A stretch of 64,000 nucleotides of DNA, from the NCBI RefSeq assembly GCF_006345805.1, contig NC_043000.1, positions 140,926,001 to 140,990,000 on the forward strand, in the 5' to 3' direction. The notes beneath the pieces were generated by a model that had not been told where the DNA came from, ran no database searches, and worked only from the letters and a program-made list of their open reading frames with translations. This DNA comes from Octopus sinensis (lineage: Eukaryota). The position numbers and the translations under genes were made by a program. Shown here piece after piece: positions 11,846-24,860 of this stretch (its first letter is position 1; every line of letters starts with the position of its first letter).

Positions 11846-13715
11846 GAGGCATGTTCTGTTACGATTTGCTTGGATAAGAAGATCTATATGTATCTCCTCA
11901 GTTTAATTTAAACTTCACTTTAAACCCTGTAAATCTGAGGATGTGTTGTATTGAAACATTTGTAGTGATTAAAAAGCTGCCTAACCATAATTATTCTTCC
12001 TTTTGACTCCTTTAATTTTTAGTTTTTACTTTACATATATATATATATATATATACACACACATACATGTGTATGTATGCCTGTGTATATGCATATTTTG
12101 TATATAAAACGTGTATACAAAGGTAGACTTGCTCACACACGTGTAAATATAAACATATATAAAAAGATTTGTATATATAAAAATACACTCTTACATGCCC
12201 ATACATCCTCCACACATGCACACCCACGCACACATATATACATAAACGTATATACATACCCTTTCCTCACACATGCACACCCACGCACACATATATACAT
12301 AAACGTATATACATACCTTTCTCTCACACATGCATACACACATTGGGATTTATACATACAGAGAGTACATATAGGAATGGTGAGTACAGTAATATATTAA
12401 TATAGATGCAATGATGCTTATGTACGCATTTATATCATAATGAATAAACCTATATAAAAACTGACGTGTAATCTATTTCCAAGTTGTTTGATTAATTTTA
12501 AGATTATAAATAGGCTATACAAAGCAGATCTGGTTTACTCAAAGGATTATATCAAATTTAACTGACAGATCCTTTATTGTTATGAAAAATTAATTATGAC
12601 AGGTGTTCACACTCTTGTTATTGATATATCTTTCAAAGCTTTATGATATTATTTGACTAGATGCTAATTATGATTTGCTAATAATTTTATATAGACATCA
12701 GGTGGTAGAAGTTGCAAGCTTTGAAATTTTATGACTGGGATTTATTATTAAGATTTCATTTTTTTCTTATTTAGTACTTTATGTTTTGAATCTCCCTCAA
12801 ACAGCAACATGAAGAATGCTCCAATAATCTGCTTATAATATTTGTAGAGATTCATATATACAAGCCTTCCACTTGTGTCTCTTTCTTTATAGGCTGGAGC
12901 AGTACTGGTGATACTCCATTTGAGTTTACAATTAATCCCTCTTGACTTCAAACTCTAAATGTGCATTGATAATGATGGTGATTGCATGCATCAGTTTATT
13001 ATTATTAAGTGAAAGCCATTATTAAATGAATGAATGTGCTGTGAAACTTATTCAAAACATAGGATGTTGAACACATGTAATATCTTCTGTTTGTGTGCAT
13101 ATGGAATTCAAATTTATAGACTATATTTCTCATCGGCAATAACCATTAAGGGAACATTCCATAGCTAGTCTACAATTACAGGTGCATAAATTATTGTTGG
13201 GACAATAAGAATAAGACAAAGATACCCCAGTTATGATTAAATAACTATTCACATCATCACATTCGTAGGTTGTGAAGACTGTCATATTGCTATTAATCAG
13301 TTTGTATTTAAGAGTCGTTTCCATAGTATTACAATTTTAATCACTGGTATTATTATTACCATTAGATTATGGTGGATATTCATATCTCACACCATTAAAA
13401 TTGGTTTCATTAGTATCAGTATTATTGAGTGACTCATAATTTGCAAAATTTACATAGATTTAGAATTAAGTTTTTTTTCTATATTAACCTTGGGGAGAGA
13501 TTAGGGAATGTTACACTATTATTAAAACCCGTACTGTTAGAATGAGTAATAACATTTTTATTTCCCAGCAAATTAAGATTATTTTTAGAATTAGTAAGTA
13601 TCTTACTATATATTAACAGTGTGATATTCTTACTTTTAAGTCTATCATTATAGATGTTCTATAGAATTCAGAGGTCAACACAGCAACTTATAAGGTTTTC
13701 TAACTACAAAAGGGT

Positions 13716-14221
13716 ATGGCCTGGTCAGCCTGTAATAACATGCATAAGATCTGGTCATCAAATCTAAGTAGAGACTTCAAACTTGAAATCTTCAAAGTCA
13801 CAGTCGAACCAATTCTACTATATTTCTCAGAAACCTGGACGATATCAAAGAAGCTTGAGAGGCAGTTGGATGGAACCTACACTCGCCTCCTTATGAGAGC
13901 TCAAAATCTCTTGTGGAAGCATCATCCAACCAAAATGCAAAAATATTGGAAACTACCACCTGTGTCATCTCTTGTGAAAGGTAAGAGAGTCCAGTTTTCT
14001 GGACATTGTTGTAGAGCTGAAAACGAGGCAATTTCTACTCTTCTCCTCTGGAAGCCATCTGCTCACAATACCAGAGGGCGCACACTCTCCTACCCTGATG
14101 TAATCTCCAGGGATACAAGCATCCAGCAACAGGACCTCCATAATGCCATGATGGACCGTGAAGTCTGGCATAGCATGGTAAATTCCATTGTCTCAACCAC
14201 GGTCGAACAATGATGATGATG
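13716..14221 (+). mobile_element. 5'-truncated RTE-clade LINE 3' end with (TGA)n tail
   Basis: ILLYFSETWT, TRLLMR and QFSGHC motifs; the stop codon runs into tgatgatgatga. Three copies in the window. Confidence 0.85.
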
Positions 14222-14419
14222 AAGGTTTTGTAAACAAATAGGTCTATGTAAACAATGGGATTGCAGACAGAAAAGAATAGGTATTGCGTGTATATGCATA
14301 TTTCACTTAAAAAGTGAAAAATAGTGCACTGCTAACACAAGGTAATATACAGTATTGACTTGTAAACCCATAATATACTTGACAGTACATTATACTGCTA
14401 AATCTAATGGGTATTTAAG

Positions 14420-15158
14420 CAATAAGTTCATAAATAGTTAATGGGTTTTATCAGGTGCTGATGAAATGGCAACCTTTGAGCTGTGTTTTCCTCTGGGGGA
14501 AGAGATGGAAATCCATAGGTGCTAAATCTGGTGAATAGGGTAGGTGTAGAAGTGATACCATGTTGTTTTTTGGCAAGAAACTCATAGGTGAGGCAAGCTT
14601 GGTGAAGAATCCAGTTCTTCATGCTCCACATATCCAGGTTCTTAAACCAAATGTCCTCCTTCAGACATTTCAAAACGCCACAGTAGAACACTTGATTAAT
14701 GGTCTGGCCCAGGGGGCTGCGAATTCTCGATGCATAATACCACATTTCTGGAGATGGCGCTCATGGCAGGTCTTCCAGATCACTCATCATCATTGAGGGA
14801 GGTTCTTCCATATTTGAAGTACCTGTGTCACCTGAAACCTTGTGTACAACCCATTGCCACATCGCCGTAAGCTTGCCAAAGCATGCTCAATGTCTTTGTA
14901 GCAGACTTCTCAAGTTAAATGCAAAAGTTCATGTCGGCTCTTTGTTCCAACTTCCAGTCCATGACAAAATCGTAGACTACAGCATACACATGATCACAAA
15001 AACACAAATTTCACAACTTGCAAAGTAAACACAATGATATCACTCAGCACACTGCCTCATGAAGGTCACTGCTAGCTCTCACTGTGCAAGCAATTATGTG
15101 CTGCCATCTGTTGGCATGCTATAGAACTAGTCTGGGAACTTTTTTATACCACCTTGTA
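14420..15158 (-). mobile_element. Decayed mariner (irritans-like) remnant
   Basis: PLGQTINQVFY..VLK.L, WILH and EFLAKK motifs. TIR-like tacaaggtggtataaaaaagttcccagact at the right end. Confidence 0.75.
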
Positions 15159-15193
15159 TATATACATATGTATATATCAAGCTTCTTTAAGTT

Positions 15194-15428
15194 TCTTATT
15201 TCTTTACTGCCCACAAGGAGCTACACATAGAGGAGACAAACAAGGACAGACAAATGGATTAAGTCGATTATATCGACACCAGTGCATAACTGGTACTTAT
15301 TTAATCGATCCCAAAAGGATGAAAAGTAAAGTCGACCTCAGCAGGATTTGAACACAAAACGTAGCAGTAGATGAAACACCGCTGAGCATTTCGCCCAGCA
15401 TGCTAACATTTCTGCCTGCTCGCTGCCT
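15194..15428 (-). mobile_element. SINE family B
   Basis: Full copy; a partial family A head follows. Confidence 0.8.
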
Positions 15429-15710
15429 TCTTTGAGTTTCTGTTTATCAAAGATATAGGGAAGGCTTTGAGCTGACTTGACCTATAGTAGAAGATACTTG
15501 CCCCAAGGTGCCATGCAGTAGAACTGAACTCTGAAGAATGTTGTGTGGAAGCAAATTTCATACCACACAGTCATGATTTTTGTCTATGAATTTTTCTTAA
15601 ACATCAGTATTCCTATGTATTTTACAATTATTGTAGAAGAAATTGAGCTGTTGAATATATTAGTGACTAATATATCATAGAAACAGTTAATGTTTCTGAG
15701 ATAATTTTGT

Positions 15711-15749
<39 letters not shown>

Positions 15750-17603
15750 CAAAAAATGATAAGCATAGATAAGGAACAAAACCAAGTTTTAATCATAAAT
15801 TTAGAAAATGAATTTGGAAAAGATTTTGAGCCCAGTATCTTGTTTGCATACATTTCGTAATCCATTCAGAATCTTCATTTAAAGAGATATTTATGAAAAA
15901 GCATTGCAAATTCTTCTATATATATATATATATATCATGTATCATAATATCATGTATGACATATGTGTTCTTTTATGCCTTATATTTGCAAATTAGTTTC
16001 TGTTTGCTATCAAAATGAATGGATCTTTTTTTTTTGGTTCAGTTACTGAATATACACTGACAAAGGTATTTTGTTATGTTTTAAGGAGACACGGAATGTA
16101 TAAACATGCTGGGAATACATTTTCCCCAACGAATTACATGTCAAAACTAAATATAATTTCACCTCATTTTTAGTTTCAATAAAAACTTTCTACAGATTGC
16201 CTTAGTATAGCAAATATGTTGTCATGAGTTACCGACAAGGTGTATGGAATTATGTCATAACATAATGGATTAGAATTATGCTTTATAAAATATAGTTCTA
16301 TCTGCATTGCTTAAGGTTTGTCTTATATCTCATGAGAAAATACAAAACATTTTTAGAACAAAGAGAAAAATGACCAAGTTAAAAATATTTTAGTAATTCA
16401 TGTTGTCACTGCTTGTTGTTTATGATACAGGGTTATACCATGTAACTCATCATCACCTGTGAATGATTCTAAAAGGGTCATTATCATTACATCATCATCA
16501 TCATTTATGTCAGTCAAAATGCTTAGCAGTATTTCTTCTGGCTTTATGCTATGAGTTCAAATTCCACAGAGGTTGACTTTGCCTTTCATTCTTTCGGAGT
16601 TGGTAAAACCAGTACCAGTTGCGCACTGGTGGTGGTGGTCGTCGTCGTCATCATCTTTTCATCCTCATCATGAGTCTATCTTCTTTCAATTTTGCTTCCA
16701 TCTCTTCCTGACACCTAGCGCAAGAAACTCACTGTATATATTGACTGGCCATTAAAATGAACACATAGGATTGTTCATTTACAAAGCCAGTTATGGGGAA
16801 GAAAAAAGGTAAAAAGAAAAAAGAAAAATGAAAGGAAAAAGAGAAACGAAAGAAATAGGAAAAAGGCAAAAAGTGACATACCAGTTAAAACAATCTTTTG
16901 CACGTCTTGCATGGACAATAAGCCAGGGATCATATATATACTTATACAAATACACACACACACGTGTACACATCCATATGCACATATATACGTGTGTAAA
17001 ATGTTGAATGTGGATACAGCCATTAATTGGAGTGGTTTCCAAAAAGATTTCTAATGTTGATTCTTCATACTTTGCTGAGAGTTTACTGGTGTAAATTGAT
17101 GAAGATATTAAAAGTAGTATTTGAATATTAAGTGTATGATTAATTTATGAAATGAAATTCTACAAATCCAATCATATTTGTCAAAAATAGAGATATGGTG
17201 TCAAAAAGTTGTAAGAAGTTTATTCATGCATACAATCATTTCATACAGAGATATAAATTCAGGGTTTAAAAATTATGGTTTAAAACTTATGGTTTAAAAA
17301 TTGACATGACTCCCATCACTATCACATATAGATAAGAACAGTCCTCTGGTCCTCTGTGGATCAAAGAACAATCAACAGAATTTTATGGGGCAGGGATATG
17401 CCCTCTCATTCGACGGTGGAACATTGCTATTGAGAGAAATAGTGATTATGTTGAGAAGTAAGGATGTAATCCACAGAGAAACAGCTTCGTTTTGATGTAT
17501 GATACATGTTCCTGTGTTGGAAAATTATACCTGTCCTAAACAAAATGGCATTACTTTTTGACTCACCCTTGTATCATGAATTAGAGATCAAGGGACCACA
17601 TAC

Positions 17604-17638
<35 letters not shown>

Positions 17639-17639
17639 G

Positions 17640-18420
17640 TATGATGGGTAAATTGTTGCCATTGCTTGCTTTCGATTTTGTGAACTACACAGTATAGTAG
17701 GGTCAGTCGGGCACTGTCTGAGAAAAACATCACTATGAAGTAATTATCTCTGCCAGAAATTTGGACCAGAATCTCTTATACAAACAACAGATGGTGAACA
17801 CATAGAACAACCTTTGGCTTGTCATGTACCCAAATCATGTACCAAGAGTGATAAAAATCAAACATTTAATCACCATCATGGTGTTTGGAGTGATCACTAG
17901 TGATAGTGACGTTATGCTTCCATTCCTCTTCCCACACAGCCTCACACTCAACATGGAGGCCTCCATCAAGTGCCTGGAGGAGGGAGTGCTGCCCTGGGTC
18001 AAAGGAAAGACACTATGTCAGGCAACAGACATGCTGGAAGATCCTATGTCTTGCAACAGGACTCTGCACCATGCTACACAAGAATGAGAACTCAGACTGC
18101 AACCCCCTTGTTTATTATATATGGGGCACATTTGAGCCAGAGACCAACAAAACTTCTTGTAACATCAAAGATGAACTGAAGGCAAGGATTATGGAAGCAT
18201 TCACCAACTTAAACAAGGACACCATCCAGAAGAGTTGCAGGAGATTCTGAAGTCGTCTAGAGGCCATGGTTGAAGCCAATGGCAATTTTATTGAATATAT
18301 TTAGTCTTTGGTATTGCAAGATATTTTAATGTAATTTTGGTAAATATATCTGTAAAAATGAGACATCAGTGTTATTTTCATTTTTGCATAAGTTAGACAA
18401 TATATTCACCACACCCTGTA
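17640..18420 (+). mobile_element. Decayed Tc1/mariner (maT/DD37D-like) remnant
   Basis: IMVFGVITSD, YVLQQDSAP, DCNPLVYYIWG and RLEAMVEANG motifs. Ends caccctg-ta. Confidence 0.75.
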
Positions 18421-18430
18421 TGTGTGCATG

Positions 18431-18473
<43 letters not shown>

Positions 18474-18760
18474 GCATGCATGTATGTTTGTTTCTCTTAT
18501 TTTTCTTTGTTGGCAGCACATAATTAAAAGATTATTTAACTACTGGCATACACTGAAATCATAAGAGACTATTGTTTATATGAATCTCAGTTCAGTTTCA
18601 GGCGAATGCTTATTTTCTGCACAGTAAATATGTTGGCCATCTCAGGAATTTTAAAAGAAAGTAAGATTGGTTAACCACTTAATGTATTGCCAATTTTTGA
18701 TAAAAGTAAGATATTGTCAAATTTTAGACTACATTATAAGTGCTATATATACATTTTATA

Positions 18761-19141
18761 GGCGTAGGAGTGGCTGTGTGGTAAGTAGCTTGCTTACCAA
18801 CCACATAGTTCTGGGTTCAGTCCCACTGTGTGGCATCTTGGGCAAGTGTTTTCTACTATAGCCTCGGGCCAACCAAAGCCTTGTGAGTGGATTTGGTAGA
18901 TGGAAACTGAAAGAAGCCCATCGTATATATGTATGTGTGTCTGTGTTTGTCTCCCCAACATCGCTTGACAACCGATGCTGGTGTGTTTACGTCCCCATAA
19001 CTTAGCAGTTCGGCTGAAGAGACCGATAGAATAAGTACTAGGCTTATAAAGAATAAGACCTGGGGTCGATTTGCTCGATTAAAGGCGGTGCTCCAGCATG
19101 GCTGCAGTCAAATGACTGAAACAAGTAAAAGAATAAAATAA
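18761..19141 (+). mobile_element. tRNA-derived SINE family A
   Basis: Full-length copy. Confidence 0.85.
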
Positions 19142-19950
19142 AGACTGCTATATGGTTACAAAGATTGCAAGAGTGTGTCATGCTGCTAGTTGTAATTGTG
19201 CCCCAGAAAGACACTTAAAATTAGTTGAATGTTCAAGTGACCAAATAAATTGGAATCTCACTGCCTTTACTGTCATTATTGCAGTGAAATCTGTTGTTTG
19301 GAGCTGACAGGTCTTGTACATCCCACACTCAGGCACTTCTGACTCACTTTCTTCTCTCATCACCTACATTGTGCTCTTCTTCCAATCTTTCACTCAAAAC
19401 ACCATGTCACTCTTTCTCTTCTAAGTTGTCAGTAATCTGGAAAATGCAATGGAAGCAATACTTTCTTTTGGTTAATTTTACAAAGGTAGACATCATCCTC
19501 GTGATTTTAATCTTCACTTTCCCATGCTTGTGTAGGTCATATTGAATTTATTGAAGTGGATTTTTTTTACAGCCGGATGCCCTTCCTGTTGCTAACCCTC
19601 ACCTGTTTCCAACTAAAGTAATATTTCCTCATTACAAGATATGGAAACGAGGTACACTGCTTGCATGACAGGGACACTTACAACTATCATGCAAAGTCAA
19701 CGTAAGGAGACAGTAACATACATGCACATGTGCACACATATGCATATACACACATACATGCACACCAAGTGCTTCCTTCAGTTTATGCCCACCAAATCCA
19801 CTCACAAGGCTGTGGTTTGCTCAGGAACTCCAGTAAATGACACTTGCCCAAGGTTGCCAGACATTGGGACCGAACCAGAAACTTGTGATTGGGAAAAAAC
19901 CTTTTACCACACAGCCATGAAAATAAATATATATTGTTTAATATATAATA

Positions 19951-20183
19951 AGGCAGTGAGCTGGCAGAAACATTACCACATCGGGCAAAATGCTTAGCGG
20001 TGTTTCGTCTGCCATTATGTTCTGAGTTCAAATTCCACCAAGGTCGACTTTGCCTTTCATCCTTCCAGGGTCTATAAATTATGTACCAGTTACGTACTGG
20101 GGTCGATATAATCGACTTAATCCATTTGTTTGTTCTTGCTTGTCCTCTCTATCTTTAGCTCCTTGTGGGCAATAAAGAAATAA
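19951..20183 (+). mobile_element. SINE family B
   Basis: Full copy. Confidence 0.8.
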
Positions 20184-20890
20184 AATATATATTGTTGTTT
20201 AGTTCAAGCACAGGTTGAGAGGACCTCTGTCCAAATGTATTCTAGCTGTAACCATTTAAACGTTTCTCTGACTAAGACTACTTTCTTCAGTTTGTCCTGC
20301 TATTTTAATCTAGAAGAAAGCAACTTGAAAGAATTTGGCTATTTTAGTAGGTTGTTAAGCCACTTCACTGAGATCCTGTTATTGGTTCATAAAGCTATAT
20401 AATTTACCTGTATGGTGAAGACAATAAATCATTAGTATTCTCTCACCCTAAGTTATTTGACTCTATATCACTCACAACTTATTTAAGTAGTGTAAGTAGT
20501 GTATCACAATGAATGTGGTAATGTTTGAAGTCAACTTTTAGCTCTGAAACACACCGTAATTTTCTTTTTTTTTTTTTTGCTTTTCAAAGAGTAGAAGATA
20601 AATTCTAAGTTCCATCTGACTGAAATATTTCTTGTTTAGTATCACAATTTCATCTTTAGTGATGCTACTCATTATGGCAAAGAGCCTTTAAGACTTTTGA
20701 AAGTTTGCAGCAGATGAAAGAATCAATAATGGTTGATGGTTACAATTAACCCTGATAAAATGTCTAGAAATTAATTTAGCACTGAAAATTGGTTCTGCAG
20801 TCAATTTAGAAAGATTCAAATGATATAAGTCAAGTTTTAATCAAAATATGGTCTCTTTTTTGACACCTTTTGCTCTCCTTCTTCTTACAG

Positions 20891-21009
20891 CTTCCTGACT
20901 GTGTACCATCCATGTTGGAACAATTATGTATCTGCATAAGCATCAATGTGTCGATGGGTGGAAGTTGCAACATAATTTATGAGGACGTGCTTAAAGTACA
21001 AATAATCCT
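20891..21009 (+). other. Candidate exon of an unidentified host gene
   Basis: Long pyrimidine tract plus tacag acceptor, ct|gtaagt donor, and one open frame (LPDCVPSMLEQLC...). Confidence 0.3.
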
Positions 21010-22274
21010 GTAAGTGACATCATTCCTAAGAGAATAGTGATAAATGGGTGACTGTTGAAGCTAGCAGAGAACAACAAGTTTATATGAAAGATGAAGTGTC
21101 AGCTTTCTTTTGTATTATCTGATTAAAGTTAATGAGCTGAGAAAACTAATTGTTAAGAGTCTCATGGGTGCAGTTCTGTCTTTTAGTGCCAAGGTGCTGA
21201 AGAAGTCAAATTGTCTGTATATCGTGGTATAACATTTAGAGTAAAACAATGCGAATTTTTATGAATAGCAATAAAATGGCTGGCCTACTGAAGAAACTGA
21301 ATGAGATATTTTGTCTAATTGATTTTGTTGTAGAAAATATAAAAATATAAATTTATGATATACATATACAAGAAAGATAATTAAAAAATGTGTGTGTTGG
21401 CAAATGTTTTATACCATACACCAGTGACTTAACAAATAATTAAAGAAGTGGAAGCAAGTATGGTTGATGAGGAACGTGATACAACTGATTTACTTGAGGG
21501 AGTAAATGTTAATTAACTATATATGGAAACGAAATCACTGAACAGATTTTGCTCCTAAGAAGAAGAAAGCGGAGACGAATGAAAAATTTTGAACTACGCA
21601 AACATTAACACGCACAGACACTCACAAACACACACACACATACACACAAGAATTCGTTATGAATTAAGGACTTTAATGTCTTTAGTTTTAAACAAAATAG
21701 AGCAAACTTCATAGCACAAAAATATATCCTTTGGCAAGAATTATCACCTATATAGTGTACTTATCTTGTCTAGCATAGATATGCTTTGAAGTGAGTTTTC
21801 AGTAAGATGTACTTTTGCAAATATGAAGACTACTAAAAAGAAGGAAACTACATTTTAATGAGTGACTAATACATGAAAGCAAGACACCAGATTTATCAAT
21901 GTGGCTGACAAGATAAACCAAAACAGCAAAGATGCTTCTACAATTGAAAAGAAAATAGGTTCAACGTCCCTTCATAGTTGCTATTGAACTCTTATCAACA
22001 TCAAAATAAATATCAAATGGAAATTGTAGTTGTGATACTTGTGCTGGTGGCACGTAAAAAGCACCATTCAAATGTTGCTGAAGCCAGTGCCGCCTTGACT
22101 GGCTTCTGTGCTGGTGGCACGTAAAAAGTACCAAGCGATTGTAGATGCTGCCAGCCTCCCCTGACAGCTGTGCCAGTGACACGTAAAAAGCACCCACTAA
22201 ACTCACGGAGTGGTTGGCATTAGGAAGGGTATCCAGCTGTAGAAACACTGGGTGATTTGTTTGGAAACGTCTGC

Positions 22275-22600
22275 TGCTTTCAAAATCATCTCCATGACTA
22301 ACATAAACCATGTGACAGATATTGTGTAGTCAGCAGCAATGTCAATCTCCAATCAGTATCACTCTGTTATATTTCCAGCTGTAAACCTCATTTTGAAACT
22401 ACCAGAATATATCCTTGTTAAACTTGTTACTTTCTCTGGAATGTGGAAGTGGTCCATTGCTCTCACCAGTAATTCATGTGACTCTGAGCCACATGCATTA
22501 GCTAGATCAAACCATACCACGTTCAGACTTGTCTTGTTCTGTTTGGCATCCTGGATTGCTTTCCAAATTGAAAAACAATGCTCAATGTATCCAGGTAAAG
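22275..22600 (-). pseudogene. HERO/NeSL-like non-LTR RT fragment
   Basis: EHCFSIWKAIQDAK..LNVVWFDLANACGSESH...MRFT...FMLVMEMIL. Confidence 0.75.
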
Positions 22601-22959
22601 TGAAAGTGTTATTTATTTCTTTAATAGAAAATACGCCCTGGCACTTGCCACTATCTATATCTCTCTCTTCCTTTACTCAACCATCTCATTTATATTCTGA
22701 TCCCCATTCTTTGTGAGTATGCTCGGCATTTTGCCACCATCTCCATCCTGCAGTCTCCCACTCTTGCTCTTTCTCTTCCTCCTGCACTTCCCTCAGAGTG
22801 GCAACCATGTATTTTCTTTGCAGTAGCACACCTGTTTCTGTCATCATTCCTGATCCTTCTCTCTCCGGCTGGGTAACCTTGTACTTCCTCTACAGCAAGA
22901 CACCTGTGTCAGTCTCACTATAACCATTTCATCATCACCTCCTCCAATCCCTCCTCCCT

Positions 22960-23263
22960 TCTTAAAAGTTTTTGTCGTGCAAGTACTCGGTGACCCTACA
23001 GGTGCACCCAGTCCATACTGCAAAGTGTTCGGAAGGGCATCCAGCTATAAAAACCTTGCCAAAACTGACCTCATGTGTGCTTGTACCACATAAAAAGCAC
23101 TAAGTCTAATCTGCTGAATGGTTGGTGTTAGGAAGAGCATCCAGCTGTAAAAATCTTGCCAAAACAGTCACAGAAGTCTGGTGCAGGTTTCGGCCTGGCA
23201 GGCTTTTGCGGTACCATCCCACTCATGGAACACAGACGTTAAATGATGATGACGATGATGATG
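22960..23263 (+). mobile_element. SINE family C
   Basis: Family C tail with (GAT)n; another partial copy at 22040-22255. Confidence 0.7.
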
Positions 23264-23397
23264 AAAGGATAATATATCTAAATAATCATTCAAGTGCACG
23301 ATTATGAAAGCATAATGCCACTTCAATTAAATTAGACTAATTGTATGTGGTAAATAACAGTCTCCTCTGTTTCTTCATTTTCTGCAATTCTACAACA

Positions 23398-23808
23398 TCA
23401 TCATCATTCATCATTGTTCGACCGTGGTCGAGACAATGGAATTTACCATGCTATGCCAGACTTCACGGTCCATCATGCCATTACGGAGGTCCTGTTGCTG
23501 GATGCCTGTATCCCTGGAGATTACATCAGGGTAGGAGAGTGTGCGCCCTCTGGTATTGTGAGTAGATGGCTTCCAGAGGAGAAGAGTAGAAATTACTTCT
23601 TTTTCAGCTCTACAACAATGTCCAGCAAACTGGACTCTCCATCCAACTACCTCTCAAGCATTTTTGATGACGTCCAGGTTTCTGAGCCATATAGTAGAAT
23701 TGGTTCAACTGTGGCTTTGAAGATTTCAAGTTTGAAGTCTCTACTTAGATTTGATGACCAGATGTTATGCATGTCATTACAGGCTGACCAGGCCATACCC
23801 TTTCTAGT
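23398..23808 (-). mobile_element. RTE-clade LINE 3' end, internally deleted
   Basis: Reverse complement of 13716-14221 with a deletion. Confidence 0.85.
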
Positions 23809-24129
23809 TAGAAATTACAACAATTTCACCATACAGTGTGCTTTATAGTTTTTAAATATTATTCTTTTACTTACTATTTACTTTATCATCATAATTGAAT
23901 GTTCGTGTTCCTTCAGATTTTCCATTTTGTAGGAAAATATTACCGTGGTATTCTAAAGGAAAGCACATTCAACATGACAAAAAAAAATCTTTTTTTTTAT
24001 CAAGGAACAGTAGAAAGTAAGACAGCAAGGAAAATATTCCAAGATTTTCTCTTTCCTGTCTTTTTCTTTTGACTTTCTTGTTTTTGTTCTTCTATCCTTT
24101 ACTTGTTTTGTATATTGGTTTCCCTTAGT

Positions 24130-24860
24130 TCCTCAAGTCTTCAATTATTGCGATCTTATTGCTTTAGAATTCAAGGAAAGACATGTCATTCTACTTCTGC
24201 TCCATACCTGAAAAATGATCACTCAGCATATGATCAGTTTTACATTATTGATGCTGAAGAAGATTTACAATCCAGATAGAAGCACCTCAAATGTAAAATA
24301 TATGCCGAATGTGATTAACACAGCACAAGAAATTATGATGTTTCGCAACGCATGTACTATGTGCAAGTATAAGTTTGTTCGCATTGCAAAAAATGGAATG
24401 TACACTTATGGAAAATACAGTTTCCTAGACATCTGAATCGCTCTTAGATGAGGTTCTGACAGTAGGTAGTAGAGTTTTCCTACAATTAATGAAATTGCTA
24501 TTATGCTTGTTTGTAAAATGAAGCATCTCAGAAAATAGAAATATCATAATTCAGCCAAGAAATGCACCACCGACAAGAATTTCATATTTATTTTGCCAAC
24601 ATGGCTACATGCATTACTTTCTTTTATTTCCCATTGGTGCAGCTTGGATGGCACAATATGTAGCATGTAGGACAATGACAAACCTGTGTTTGAAACAAAG
24701 CTACTGTGTAAGAATTCTGTTTCTATTTATCTTGTAGTGTCATGCATACACTGACCAGAAAGACCTTTCCATCAATAATTAGTTGATGTATATGCCAAGG
24801 TAGAATGATGTTACTTCCAGTTTGCAAGGTAAAAACAATTTCTGCAAATTAAACAGTACA
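24130..24860 (+). pseudogene. Helitron Rep/helicase N-terminal remnant
   Basis: SYCFRIQGKTCH..YDQFYIID, YFLLFPIG..GWH and FHQ*LVDVYAKVE resemble the Helitron motifs GPYCFRIHGQ, YPLLFP.G..GW and FQQY.VD.YAK.E (recalled consensus). Many stops. Confidence 0.7.

Noticed and set aside
13716-14213. 165-aa ORF as a host gene
   Set aside because: It is the RTE RT C-terminus ending in a (TGA)n tail, present three times in the window.
20912-20975. Faint likeness of PSMLEQLCICISINVSMGG to the Argonaute MID motif (P.TL.NLCLKINVKLGG)
   Set aside because: Short, needs an insertion, and no other PIWI-domain exons were found.
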